Shown in pieces: positions 1-14,828 of a DNA stretch of 64,000 bases. The position numbers and the translations under genes are program-made. The first letter of the stretch is position 1. Every line of letters starts with the position of its first letter. A model generated the notes under the pieces. It searched no databases and was not told the DNA's origin. It worked only from the letters and a program-made list of their open reading frames with translations. The DNA comes from the human T2T-CHM13v2.0 reference genome, Homo sapiens. The stretch lies in the NCBI RefSeq assembly GCF_009914755.1, contig NC_060940.1; one strand, given 5' to 3'.

Positions 1-809
1 AATAGTAACAAAAAAATTGTCCTAATTGTTGGCACTTCTCTCAAATTCAGAATGTATCCTGGATCTTACAGGGATCTGAAACATCAAAAGGGGATAAAAA
101 GGGAGTGTCTTTTTTTTTTTTTCATTTTTGGAAACCGTCATTATAGAGAAAAAGTGGCACTAGATACAGTTGTCTATTAAAAACCAACTTACAACATATA
201 TTCTTGCATCTGCAATTTACACATTGCTACTGGTTTACAAAAGTGGGTATCTGTTCTGTGCTTGTTTTTTATAAAAACTCTTGTAAAATGTGAAAAGGTG
301 GATGCTTATGACTCAGCCACTGAGAGCTAAGCAATTTCAACTTTAAACATTATTTTCTGCCATTTCTCCTCTCTTTCCACCTCAAAGGGTATAATCTGCA
401 AAGTAACTTTCTTCCTTTTATTGTCCCAACTCCAGAGATGTTCTAGGTGCTTTCTGTGGCATCACTTTGCCCTTGAGTACACTTGAGTTCCAAATGCAAG
501 GCTGGTGGCCTTATTCTGGTGATGGTTGCCAATCTTCATGGAAATTTTATTTTGTTGGCATGTGAAGCTGCATCCTAACCATCATTAGATGGACACTGAG
601 CCATGGGCTGTTGAGTTTTGTGCACCAAAGTTGCTCAGCAGAAATTACAAAGTTCCCTGGAAAATGAGAAACTCAAGTTTGCCTTGGCATCTTCCACCAG
701 TCAGAACTGGAACGTGCCCACACATTCCTCACCAGAGTAGAGCGGCTTCCTGAGGTCACCAGTTTCAGGTACAATTCTTGTTGTGCTTACCTTCCACTCC
801 AACCTCAGG

Positions 810-1121
<312 letters not shown>

Positions 1122-1161
1122 TGACTGGCAGAGTCCCAAGCTTGACGCCAAATGTATAGAT

Positions 1162-1650
<489 letters not shown>

Positions 1651-4600
1651 TTTCAAATATGTATTAATGAAAATAAATGAGTGTTATAGTATGCTAAATG
1701 GCATAGTATTCTCAAGTATTGTCTTCTCCAGGCCTTTCAAAGTATGAAGCCATTCAAGCTTACAGAGCCTTCATAGTAGTATAATGATTCGTAGTTTACA
1801 GATGGGAAAATTAAGAGCAAGAACTTTGTCTAATGCCTGGTGATAAATCAATGGCAGAGCCAGAATGAAGAATCAAAATTCCAGACTCCTAATTCTACCA
1901 TCCAGGTGTGTTCTGACCTGTGCTGGCCAACTAGCCATTCTTCATAAGATTAAATAACAACATATGCTGCCCACAGATGATTTAAAATAGAATCATGATG
2001 CATTTAATACGCAGCATGAAAACTGAGCATTTTTATAGTCATACAGTATAAAGATCTATTTTATGTATTCACCCACTTTTATTTCCGCCATTGTAAAGCA
2101 TGCCTTAAGAAATGCAACATGAATACGGGGGAATGAACTCATTTCCAGGGGCGGCGACCATGTGAGTCCAATGTCACCACAATAAAGCACGCCAAAAGAA
2201 GTGCCACAAAAATATCTAGGCAGCAATACACATGATCTTATCTCACTGCAGCAACCAAGAAAGGAGCTGGCAATACTAAATCACAGAAATAATGTGAGAT
2301 GGAAGAGAAAAAGACAACTGTGGACAAAATAAGAGAGGAAAGTTTTATTAATTCTAAATACACTTTCCCCATTGGGTTTACGCTCGCATTTGTCCTAATA
2401 GGTTCCAGATGTTCAGCCGTCCTGTAAGTAGCTACCTAGGATAAAACAGTAGCTTGCCTCCTTTAAGTTAAAAGGGTGAAATTGTGGACCTAAGGGCTGA
2501 TTTACAGTTTAGTTAAATCAGAGCCCACAGCATGAACGAATGGAGAATGGCAAGTGGTGGGTGAAGGTGAAAACGGTTGTTCGAAAAGGCTGGCGGCTCA
2601 AGGGTTAATACCAACCTTTTTCTTTGAAGGCAGCCTTCTGTAGTAGCTAATGAAGGTAATGAAATATGACATGTAGTTTGGCCCTTGACCATACAGTGCA
2701 CCCCCCCCCTCCCCTCTCTGCTGTGAACAAAGCCAAAACAGATGTAGCAACTTCTGTATGGTTTGGGGTTGACGTTTGTTACAGAGAGCAGGTCACCCTG
2801 CACATTCCCAGAATGTTCGCTTCTGACACAAGCGGCATTATCTGAGAAAGATGCTGCCTTTGTTTGGGAGACGGGGAGAGAAGGGAGGGATGCAGACAGC
2901 AGACAGGGGGACTTCAGCTTATATGAAAATTAAGCCAAATTTCCCTCTTGTTCTTTGCCTTGGTTCTCAGCCCTCCTGTGCCTTCCTATTTCTTCCTTCT
3001 GTCCCTCTGTACAATGGAAAAACAAACAAACAAAAAAGGCATTCTTTCCTTCAGGGGGAATAAGATGTGGCTTTGCTTCAGCAAGAAAGCTTTCAACCAA
3101 GCTGAATTTTGTAGGAAAAAAATTTCTCTGTACATTGACTGTTGACCAATCTTTGAGATTCAAAGAAAGAGAGTGATACCTAAGGATGGCTTGGATTCTT
3201 ATTTCTGAAAGCCACCTGTGTTGGTCACGTGAGACAATGAAAAGGAAGCATCTCCTTGGCAAACATCATCATTTCCAGGCTTCAATGTCAGCATCTGTGC
3301 CTGGTACCTTGATGCAAGCCAACATATCTCCAACGAAAATATGCTCCTTGCAATAAAAAGCACTTTGCTTGACTACGCGGTTCATACTAATTGTAGCTGT
3401 GCTGTATCTAGTTCCTTCATTCTTGAAGATCACTGGACTATTTGACTGTGTGATTCTCCTCCCTGCCAAGAGATCTCATTCAAGTGGCTTTCTTTAAAAA
3501 AATTTCATCAAGTCTTGCCCTAATACAGCATCTATTTTTTTTTCCAAAAGATCAGACCTTCAGAAAAGTTAGGTTTGGAATGAAGAGGAATAAGAGGAGG
3601 AGGAGTCCCGACAATTGACAGCCTGTTTCAAATGTTATTTCTCATTCTCAGCAGAGACGCTGGCATGTGCCTTTTGAAAGGGGATACTGTACCTTTAACC
3701 TTGACTCTGAACGCATTCTTAATTTGGGATGCAAGCTGAGGTTCAAAAATGGATAGCCTTTGGGTGGTGATTGGGGGGAGGGGTGTGGCTGGATTTATTT
3801 ATGAGGCGTGTGGAAAATTTTGACATCACATGCTAGAGCCATTATTCACATGTTACATGACACGAGATTGGCCCTTTTAATGCAGCAACATCACATAAAA
3901 ATTTGATTTTGTCCTCTGACAGCAGGCTGGTCCTCGCCTGCTCTCCAACCGCCCCCGCGAAATGTAATCTTTTTAGGTTAAAGGCCACGGGAAAGTGATT
4001 GGAGCAGGCTTTCATCAGACCCCAGAAAGCTGGGTTTGGAAGGAGCTCCCTCGGTCACCACAAGCTACAGGAGGGTGGACATCGAGGGCTGGTTGTGAAG
4101 GAGTGTCTTCCATGAGGAGACCCCTAGGCCACCCCAGACCCCCTCCCAGCCCTTCTCCACCACAGCTGCTCCCTGACGGCCAGGTGAGAAATTGGCAGGG
4201 ACTCCAAGCTGCTCATCAATTTCAAGAAACATTCACTTCTGCGGCATATACTAGCCTAGCCTTCTGTCCAGTCAGGCAAAGCCATCTAATCTAATGAGAT
4301 GTCTAATAAGAACCACCCTAGAGGGTAAAAGACACTCAACACCTTTAGGTTGCATGGTCCTTTATTCAAATTATTGTTGTTCCCACGACTGTGCTTTATA
4401 ACCATGAGGCGATCCTGAGAGGGGACATAGGGACCCCCCCTTTGCAAATGACGCAACTGAGGCCCTGTAAGAGTAGACAGTGCAAACTCATTCACATCAA
4501 GTGGCTGAACCCAGATCTCAGACTCAACAGCTTTACATCTTTCCTATTTAACCAATTATTCTATACCTTTTCCTGCAACAGATGGGAGTCTATAAAGGGC

Positions 4601-5332
4601 TATCGATTAGACGCTTTTATCTCATTTAAATAGGGTTTACATATTACATAGAAATCTCTGTGATCATACCTCCCCCATCCAAACTTTGTGCCTTTCATTT
4701 TGGAATAATGTCATGGGGTACAGAAGTTCTCAGTTCATGTTCTAGGTAAATGAAGGGAGATGCCTCTGTTCATTACCATAAAAAAAGTGTCTAAAAATTG
4801 TGCCTTCACATGCTATTCATAAACACACCCAGGACTGGTTGGCTGCACTTTTATCGGCAACAAAACAATCAGCTCTTGGAAAGGAAGCTCAGTGCTTGGA
4901 ACAAGTATTGGCTCAAGCAAACACATACTTCAAACTGACTCCTCTCAGTGTCATGAGCTGCCAGCCAAAGGAGCAGTAGTACACAGAGGTCCCAGGCTCA
5001 GACCGCAGCCAGGAGTCTGGGAGGAGGATCAAATACCCTGAGCATCTGGCTCTGATACATATGCCAAGAAAACTCTCTCCAGACTCCAAAGACTATTCCC
5101 ATGACTTTGCTTTGTCTGGAAATTCCATTGCTTGAATAGAGCAGATTCATTCTCTTCGTTTTGAGGACCCCTCTTGCTCAGGCAGCCAAAGCAGGCTGTG
5201 TAACAGCTGCTATCACCATGTTCAGGGCCAACACCTGAGAGGCACAAGCTCAGGCAGGTTGCAAACGAGAGTCAGTCTTCATTGGTTTTCGATGAGCCTG
5301 GAAATGCAGGCTTGGCTGATGAGAGATGACAA

Positions 5333-5436
5333 GAACAGAGAACCACCTTTCTATCTCATTAAAACCCTGAATAGAGAACCTTTCTATCTCATTAAAATCC
5401 TGAATAGAGAACCTTTCTATCTCATTAAAACCCTGA
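5333..5436. repeat. Tandem repeat, 33-bp unit x3
   Basis: Unit GAATAGAGAACCTTTCTATCTCATTAAAACCCT read directly. Confidence 0.95.
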
Positions 5437-5737
5437 TTGTCCCTAGGAAGAGCAGTACGACATGACAGGTGTCCTACAGAATCATGAAGAACAACGACTG
5501 TGGCCACTGCTGCCCAGTTTCCAGAATGACCTGTTCCCTGATTTGACATTGATCATCAATCCCTTAACTAACCCAGAATTGCATTCAGAATTTCAATTCT
5601 TTGACAACAGATGTTTAAAAGTGTGAGTTAAGAGGTCCCTCTGGGCATGACTGAAATACAAATTCTGCCTGGACACAGGAGGATAGATTAGATGGCCTCT
5701 CCCACTTCCTATTAGATTTTGCCCTGTGCTGCTGGTG

Positions 5738-5818
5738 TAGGTTGGACCCTATAAAATTGCTGATATTTCAATGCTTTTAATCTATAAAATTGGCAAATCC
5801 ATAAGGTTCAGCCTAATA
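5738..5818. mobile_element. MADE2 (mariner-derived ~80-bp MITE)
   Basis: TAGGTTGGACCCTATAAAATTGC...GGCAAATCCATAAGGTTCAGCCTAATA: diverged terminal inverted repeats resembling the MADE2 consensus. Confidence 0.7.
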
Positions 5819-6763
5819 CAGCCCTGAATTTGGTAAATAGATGGGTTTAACAAACGGCCATTGCGTGAATCACAGCAAATTGGGGAACAGCAGAGCTTGG
5901 GACATTATTTCCAGTAGAAAAATGTGTTATATAATGTCATGATTGTATTATGTAACAAGTACCTAATTTTCTTTTGCCTCTAAAATACAAAGCATAACTT
6001 TTTTATTATTCATGCTCAGAGAAAAAATAGTTATTTAAAATAGCACAAAGTATTACCCAAACCATTAAACCTTTTGCACAGCCACTGCCAATTTAGGGAT
6101 GAAGATGAGGTCTAAAAGACAGATGCAAAGAGACTGGGGAGTATCAAGTCAACAAAACTCTAGATGCCTGAACAGTAAGAAAAAATAATGTTGCTGGTAG
6201 CAAAGAAATGAACCAATCTTGTCATATTCTCACTGTTTCTTCTTGCAGCCCATCATCCAAGGAAAACAGCCCAGGCAGTGGAAAATTACAGTTTTCCAAT
6301 AAGAGAGACCAACTGCAGCTTTGTAGTTTTCATTTCAGAATGAGTACACATGTCATGTCAGAAGAGAAACCCTGGCAGGATCTAGAAGTCACCCGATGCC
6401 AGTGAGAGGAGGTGAGGACCTGACAAAGCTATGAGCGTTAGAGGGGCTCCGAGCCTGTGGTTGCCTCCACATATCGCAGTAATTGGAGTGCAAGGCAGGA
6501 CAGCAGCAGGTCAAGGTCAGCCAGAGGTCATGGCACCTCTGCTGATGGGTTCCTTAATGGTCCAGATAATGCATGCTTCGGGGAGAGAGTGGGGACAACG
6601 ACATAAAGAGATGGCAAAGGGGACCCAAAACTGGCTCACAGCTTGTTCATGAAATCCTGGGGTAAAACAACATTAACCCCTTCCTTGTTGGGGCTGTAAC
6701 ATGTCCTGGATCCCTTGCACTGAAGAGCTTCCAGGCTGAAGAAATGTTATGTGGAAAAGTGAA

Positions 6764-7083
<320 letters not shown>

Positions 7084-7651
7084 AGAAGTAGTGAAGCACT
7101 GTTTATGCAGTCCAGTTGTAGCATCCAAGATGAAGCAGCCAGTGCTGAGGCTAAAATTACTCTGAGTTTTAAAGAATCAGGTTACACATTTGCAGCAGTT
7201 TCCTGACCTGCTCCTGTAGGGCCAGAGCCCTCATGAACCTGTGTTTCTGGAACTGCACAAAGCAACAAATGGCAGAGGGCCCATGAGTCCAACACAGGCT
7301 GCTGGTTAAATGTTTAGGATTGTCAAAATGCAAAAAGCCAGTTCCGCAGAGGTTTAGGCCCAGGGAGGTCAGTGGAAATTATAAATCTGTGATGGCCAGA
7401 GAATGCCTGAAATTTTCAAGTATGATTCATTGTATGACAATGAAATTCAGAAGCCAACCACGGTAGAGGCAGGGGCTGGTAGAGATTTGGATCTACACTG
7501 GTACGGTGGAGAAAGAACCATGGGTAAGTCAGGAAGCTTGCACTCTATTTCTGGCTCTGCATGACCTTCAGTTTCTTCGTCTAAAAATTAGAATAATAGG
7601 AATTACTTGTGGATAAAACATGCTTATGTATAGGACAAGCCTTCTGAAGAC

Positions 7652-7951
7652 TTTTTTTTTTTTTTTTTTTTTTTGAGAAGCAATTGCACTCTTGTCACCC
7701 AGGCTGGAGTGTAATGGTACAATCTTGGCTCACTCAACCTCTTTCTCCTGGGTTCAAGTGATTCTCCTGCCTCAGCCTCCCTGGGATTACAGGCGCTCGC
7801 CACTATATCCAGCCAATTTTTGTGTTTTTTTAGTAGACATGGGGTTTCACCATGTTGCCCAGGCTGGTCTCAAACTCCTGACCTCAAGTGATCCACCTGC
7901 CTTGGCCTCTCAAAGTGCTGAGATTATATACAGAAACCACCGCACTCGGTC
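7652..7951 (-). mobile_element. AluS
   Basis: Poly(T) then reverse Alu body; approximate TSD CTTCTGA(A)GAC. Confidence 0.93.
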
Positions 7952-8404
7952 CTTCTGAGACTTTCAGTAACTATAAGGTAGTAATAACACTGTTGTCACT
8001 ACTATAATGTTCAGACCAATTGTGCATTCAAGACTGGGCTTTGGTTTGTTGTGTTACTATTTATTGAAGTAATGAGATGGAAAACATGGTCTCTGCTGGC
8101 ATCAGAATTCCTCTGGGGGTGGGGAGGCGGAATTCTCTTTTTAGGGAAGATATTCTTGGAGAGATGCTTGGGGGAAAGGTGAGACCTTGAGGGCATGGGT
8201 GAGAAGTTAACAAGGTGGGGGGTAGCTAAGCTGAAATGCATTTAAAACAGGCCAAAATTTAAGGAGAAGGTGCATGTGAGGAAAAAAGGAAAAGGAGAGA
8301 GGAGAGATACCCCCCAAAAAAAGGAAATGGGAACCCAAACCATAAAAGGACCCAGATACTGATCTGTAAATTCTCCCGTCTTCCCAAAGCTTCAGTGCAA
8401 TCTA

Positions 8405-8452
8405 CACACAGGTGCACACACACAGACACACACACACACACACAGGCACACA
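8405..8452. repeat. Imperfect (CA)n microsatellite
   Basis: Read directly. Confidence 0.9.
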
Positions 8453-9029
8453 TCTTGTGGGAATAGCTTGTCTGAAGGAAATTCAGGAAGTTGGCTGAGC
8501 TCCTCAGCTCTGTTGTACATCACAGATGACAGAAGGACGTCAAGACCATTTCCAACATCAACCGATTCAGCAGAAGCACAAGTGTGGGGCCAGGGGTAAC
8601 CACAGGGTGCTTAAGCCCTTTGGAAATGTACAGAAACACCATGAAGGGCATCTCATTCTCATGGGACGTGTTTGGAGGGGGATGAGCTTGTCCGTCCCTC
8701 CTAGAGATTTTAGGACACGAAAACCCTGCCTGATGTCTGAATCATTATACAAATTCTTTGGCTTCTTCAAATGTCCTGCTAACATTAAATAATCAGAAAC
8801 AGACTCCTAGAATACAGCTTTCCTAAGTCCATGCTCCTCAGTGGAAGCTGCTCTAAGCACTAAATGTCATCAAAGCTGCCCCGAACCTGATGTGTCTATT
8901 TGGAATTTGCAATGGGGTAAAAAAGCAAGCTCTGTCTCCAGCCCTGTGGCAAATGCTGTATTACCCTGGAGGCACCAATGAGGTGATAGAGGTGAGATGA
9001 GAAGGCAACCCTAAGAAACATTCCACCTC

Positions 9030-9160
9030 CCCGACCCTCAATCTCTTTATCTATAAAATGCCAATGAGTAATAGCCACTTCAAAGAGCTGATACAATGAC
9101 TAAATATGTAATATCTATAAAAGTGTTTCTGAACATGGGAAGATGCTATATGAGTGTAAA
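9030..9160 (+). mobile_element. MIR fragment
   Basis: CTCAATCTCTTTATCTATAAAATG core followed by MIR 3' part. Confidence 0.55.
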
Positions 9161-9756
9161 TGATGTGTATCTTATTTAAAACTCCATAGGTGAATTCCCA
9201 AGTAGGCCCATATTACGACAGTGGATGACATCAGGCATTTAGGATGAGGCTACAGAGCATCCAGACAGCAGAGTGAATTGAGGCAGGTTTCTTTGGCCTT
9301 CCCTTGCAGGCAGCATTCTCATCTGCAAAGATGGAGAAGGGAAGAGAGATGCTTGCTGCACTCAGGGAGCTGGTACCCAGGCTCCTGGTGCACCTGTTGC
9401 TCACATCCCCTGGAAACAGCAAAGACTCCACACTGAGGTTCCCATGGGAAGAAAAAAGCCTTCCCCTGCTTCCTCTCAGGAAGAAAGGGATGCAGGAAAG
9501 CAACTCTATTTGGGCTCCAGTTCTTCCTTGAAACCTCCTGAGCAGAAGGGGAAATCAGACAGAATCAACCCCAAAGGCGATCTCCTGTCTTTTTGAAATT
9601 GCTTCCAGCTAAGCTGTGAAGAATGTGGGAGACAAAAAGCATCTCACTCTCCCATTTAAGAGAATCAAAAGTCCCAATATTGACTTTTGTCTTTCATTAC
9701 CAAACACGCACATAGGATGCACATAACGTACACGAATAATAACAACAACGACTTAA

Positions 9757-9863
9757 GGCCAGGTGTAGTGCCCTCATCTGGAATCCCAACACTTTGGGAG
9801 GCCGAGGAGGATCTCCCCGAGATCAGCCTAAGCAACATAGCAAGACCCTGTCTCTACAAAAAA
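9757..9863 (+). mobile_element. Alu left monomer (FLAM-like)
   Basis: GGCCAGGTGTAGTG...AGCAACATAGCAAGACCCTGTCTCTACAAAAAA; no right arm. Confidence 0.8.
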
Positions 9864-10066
9864 GAGTTAATTTGTATATTAAAAATTTTAATATAAAACA
9901 ATGTTTAATAATTATTTAATAATTGTTTAATAAAACAATGACTTCTATAGAAATCATCTACAAACATGAGGATATTACAACCTCATAAGCCTCAGACATG
10001 TATTTATTAAGGACTGCCACCGTGGCGCAAGACTGCTTTTTGTTGGCCCATAAATTACTATTGTAA

Positions 10067-10359
10067 TTTTTTTTTTTTTAGATGGAGTCTCACTCTGTCA
10101 CCCAGGCTGGAGCACAGTGACGCAATTTCAGCTCATTGAAACTTCCACCTCCCAGGTTCAAGCAATTCTCCCGTCTCAGCCTTTCGAGTAGCTGGGACTA
10201 CAGATGCACACCACCCGCCTGGCTAATTTTTGTATTTTTAGTAGAGACGGGGTTTCACCATATTGGTCAGGCTGGTCTCGAACTCCTGACCTCAGGTGAT
10301 CCATCTGCTTTGGCCTCCCAAAGAGCTGCGATTACAGGCATGAGCCACCGTGCTGGGCC
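10067..10359 (-). mobile_element. AluS (Sx/Sz-like)
   Basis: Full reverse Alu; TSD core TACTATTGT. Confidence 0.94.
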
Positions 10360-11329
10360 TACTATTGTTATTTATGTTGTGCTTTTTCTTCTTCTTCCTC
10401 CTCCTCCTCCTCTTCCTCTTTCCCCCTGTTCTGAAGCTTGTCCATAAATTCTACTCTTGCCAGTTAAAGTTAAAATAATGAAACATCAGGGCTCCTCCAA
10501 GACCACAGCCCCTGGGGCTTTCTCAATTGGTTTCTGAGTCTGACAGCACTGTGGTCGTGTCATCCTTTTGAGCTGCCCAACTCCATCTGCCCCTGGGCAC
10601 CTGACCCGGAGTCAGCCAGCATCCTCTGGGCTGAAGTTCAGACTCCGTCTACCCCCAAAAGAAAAACAGCACCCATCCTTCTGTGTGAGAGCAGGCCACG
10701 GGGAAGGGACACTCTGCTTTTTGATGATGATTTCTGACACACTGACTCTGTAAAAGGCCCATCAGCTCATGTGTCTCCGTTCTTCGGCCACTTGCCTGCC
10801 CTGGTAGTTATAAACGTGAGGCTCCTCCCTTTAGAGTGCAATAACTATAACCTCCCCGTAATGAGCAAAACCAACAGCATTGACACTGCCTGGAAATGAA
10901 TGCTACCACTTAGATTCTAATAAAAGAGAAGTTGGAACAAGCTGTACCAGGTGCCTTCTATTTGTACTTATATTCAATTATATAGCATATGTTTTTAGTG
11001 GAATTGTTAAAAAGGGATTTGTTTATTTTCATCGGCTGCCTTTTTTATCCCCACTGGTAAAACAAAACCTTAGTTACTGACTCAGGCCCCTATCTCTGGT
11101 GCCTGAGCAATTCAAACCAGTTCAATACAATTCTACAAATATTTATTGAGCCCCTAACACAGGGAATGACCAATACATATTTTCTGAACGAATAAATGAA
11201 ACAATATAATCCTCCTTAGGTAGGAGGTGGGTTAAAGGGTTACACATGAAGGCGGTGTTCAATCCTTTCCTCTGATAGCTACTGGTCCTCCAAAAAAATT
11301 GGTTTGCAACTAATTCTGCCAGCCAGGAG

Positions 11330-11520
11330 ACAGCATAAACCAGGAAAGAATGGACTAGATCAAAAAATCAGGGCATGTGAATTTGAGTTTCGACACTGCT
11401 GCTAATTACTACATTAATTTTAGGCATATCACTTCATTTCCCTGTGTTTCCATTTCTGCAACCACTACAAAACAAGTGCAGAAGTCCAGACCCTCTTCTT
11501 CCTCTAAAGCGTGGCTCTGA
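11330..11520 (+). mobile_element. MIR fragment
   Basis: Degenerate MIR core (ATATCACTTCATTTCCCTGTGTTTCCATTTCTGCAA). Confidence 0.45.
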
Positions 11521-12549
11521 ATTACCTTTACAAATTCCAGAAGTGGTCAGCATCCCACTGATATGGTGATACATGTGCTGATGGGTCTACTTGACCCTGT
11601 TTTTATATGCGAGTGTGGTCATTGCTGTGTCTACAGTTGTCCCGATTCCACAAAGACTCTTAGTGTGCAACAACATGCTCTGCAACTTGGGCGTGTTCAT
11701 TTTACTTTCTCTGCCTCAGTTGTCTTGCCTGAGTTCCTTGCAGCTCTCACATTCTGGCTTTCTCTAATAGCTTAGTCAAAAGAAGGGCAGGGAGATGTGT
11801 GCAAATTTGGATCTCTCCTCGCCGTTAGAGGAACAGCCCACCTGAAAGCATGCATCCTGAAGTCATCCTTGTTTATGAAGGACAGTGTGTCAGTCCTGTC
11901 AAAGGTAACAAATGCATCAGTGACCGCAGTGATGTACCAAAGTCCTTAAAGCCCCGGGCTGTGGAAACTGTGCCTTAACAATATGTTAGATGCAAAATGT
12001 GTGACTTTTTTTTTTAAATAAGTTGATTCTTCATAAAACCCCACTCCCAGGATGATAGTATCAAATTGTCAGAGATATTAGGCAATTCTGATGACCTCTT
12101 CAGGAAGGAGGGACCAAGAGGTGACAAAGCGAAGGCCATCAAAAATGTGACTCCACAGGGAAGGGAGGGGCCAGTGAGCCCCATGCCAAACTCTAGATAA
12201 TTTGCTATGGGTGTTTCCCAGTGTAAGCAATGGCTTGAGATTTTAGGAAATGCTAATTTATCTTTTGATGACCATGACTTTCAAAAGTCTCATTTTGTGG
12301 TTGAAAGAATCCCCAGTATTTTCTAGCAGAAGTATCCCAGACACTGATGATAGGACACAAGGTGTTTGGCTGGCAGGTGAGCCTACACTAAACTCAGGGA
12401 AAAGAATGAGAAAGGACAGACTAATACAGGTCGCAGCTCTGCCTGGGGTAAGTGACAGTACTAGACTTGAATGTCACACTGTAGGCACAAAGTACTAGAA
12501 ATGGACACTGCTCTGCCCTTTTTTGATGGACACCAGAACTAAAGGTTGA

Positions 12550-12943
<394 letters not shown>

Positions 12944-13129
12944 AGCATTATTATTTCTAATATGCGAAGCTCCTATTAACCAATAAGAAAGAAGACAACT
13001 CAAAAGAAAACAGGCAAAGATACGAGTAGAAATTTATAGAACAGGAAATGCAAATAGTCAAGAAATGTACAAAAGATACCCAACTCCAGAGACAGTCCCG
13101 CAAATGTCATTAAAGCAACAATAACACAT

Positions 13130-13183
13130 CAGTGTTGAGGTATGTTCAGTTGAGGTATGTTCAGTGTTGAGGTATATCAGTTG
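13130..13183. repeat. Short tandem triplication, 15-17-bp unit
   Basis: CAGTGTTGAGGTATGTT / CAGTTGAGGTATGTT / CAGTGTTGAGGTATAT. Confidence 0.85.
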
Positions 13184-13720
13184 TCATTGTTGACAAAACT
13201 TAAGACCTTGATAATAGCTAGCGCTGGGGATAACGTTAAGAATGAAAATACTCCAATATATTACTGAAGGAAATATAAATTGCTACAAGATTTAAGGAAA
13301 ATAATCAAGCTGTGCTTATTAAAGACTAAAAATTCACTTACCCTTTGACATGATAATCACATTTATGAGAGCCTATTGAACAGAACAGAAGTAAAAGCAC
13401 AAATATATAATAAAATATGTAGAAGGATGTTTATTTAATTCTTGAATGTTATGTTTGAAAAATCTTGATTCACCTAAAGCCTTATGAATAGGCAAATGGG
13501 TGTCTATATTTTGTTAGACTTATTCTGCAATTACAATTACTAAAAAGAACAAGACTTGAAAAGATGTTCTTTATACGTTAGTAAGTTTTTAAAAGCACAT
13601 TTCAGAGTAATATGTGTAATGTCAGTTTTATAAAGTAAAATAAAAGGAACAATTTTTCTGCGTGTGTGTCTGTGAACAAAGATAATGATACAGAAAGATA
13701 TCCATCAAATTACTAGAAAC

Positions 13721-14020
13721 AGCCAGGCACAGTGGCTCATGTCTGTAACCCCAGCACTCTGGGAAGCCAAGGCATGCAGATGGCTTGAGCCCAGGATGAG
13801 ACCAGTCTGGGCAACATGGCAAAACCGCGTCTCTACAAAAAATACAAAAATTAACTGGGAGTGGTGGCACACATCTGTAGCCCTAGCAACTCGGGAGGAT
13901 GAGGTGGGAAGATCACTTTAGCCTGGGAGGCTGAGGCTCCAGTGAGCCGAGATTGTGCTACTGCACTCCAGCTTGGATGCCAGAGCAGACCCTGTCTCAA
14001 AAAACAAAAACAAAAACAAA
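13721..14020 (+). mobile_element. AluJ
   Basis: J-type body; TSD ACTAGAAAC; (AAAAAC)n tail. Confidence 0.92.
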
Positions 14021-14679
14021 ACTAGAAACATAAATTACAAGGGGTAGGAGGAACGAGGAGGAAGAGTGGAACATTAGTTACCTTCTATACACATAATTAT
14101 ATATTATTTCGCTTGCTACAATTAAGATGTGATAAAACAGTAACAACACAATTAAAATACTGAAAAACAAAAACTACACCAAGTTCTAACAGCTTTACCA
14201 ATAAGATCCCTACAGATGGCAAGCCACCCAAGGATGGCCACGCAGTCCAAAATGGCACCTCTCACATAGGTGATACCCAGTATATGTTTGTTGAATGGAT
14301 GAGCATTAAGCAGTCAGAAACATTGATTAAATGCAGTTGAAAGAGGTGTAATTTCAGGGGCCAAGGAAAGCTTTATCCGCACCTTTCTTTCCCTTCTCTA
14401 TCCCTTAAAAAACAACAGCTTAGTATCTGGAAACTCATTTGATATAATTTACAACCCTCAGAGGCCCATTAGAAGCTTCTAGCATCATGGCAAATATGAG
14501 TCTTTTATTGAAAAATATGTGGATCTTGCACAATGCCTGGACCCACCTGGGAGAAATGCAGCTGCTTCTATTTCATTTGGGGTGAAAACTGTGAATACTT
14601 CACCTTTCTGACATATTCTAACATCACTGCAAAGTCATTATAGTTTTCTCTAAACTCTATGAAATCTTCTATGGCCAAA

Positions 14680-14828
14680 ACACTATACACATACTACATA
14701 CACACTTAACACACCACACACACACACCCACACCAAAGAGGGAGGGAGGGAGGGAGGGGAGGGAGAGGGAGGGAGGGAGAGAGGGAGAGGAAGGGAGGGA
14801 GAGAGGGAGGGAGGGAGAGAGAGAGAGA
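14680..14828. repeat. CA-rich tract followed by (GGGA/GA)n polypurine tract
   Basis: Read directly. Confidence 0.92.

Larger units (their letters stand above)
12950..14170 (+). mobile_element. Old L1M (L1ME-like) 3' fragment, interrupted by AluJ
   Basis: A-rich degenerate ORF2 end and 3'UTR (GAAGGAAATATAAATTGCTACAA, TACCCTTTGAC). Confidence 0.55.

Noticed and set aside
5333-5436. CRISPR-like array (33-bp, partly palindromic repeats)
   Set aside because: Repeats are contiguous with no unique spacers, there are no cas genes, and the DNA is primate.
9875-9940. AT-rich palindromes after the Alu monomer
   Set aside because: Low-complexity decayed A-tail; palindromes are expected by chance.
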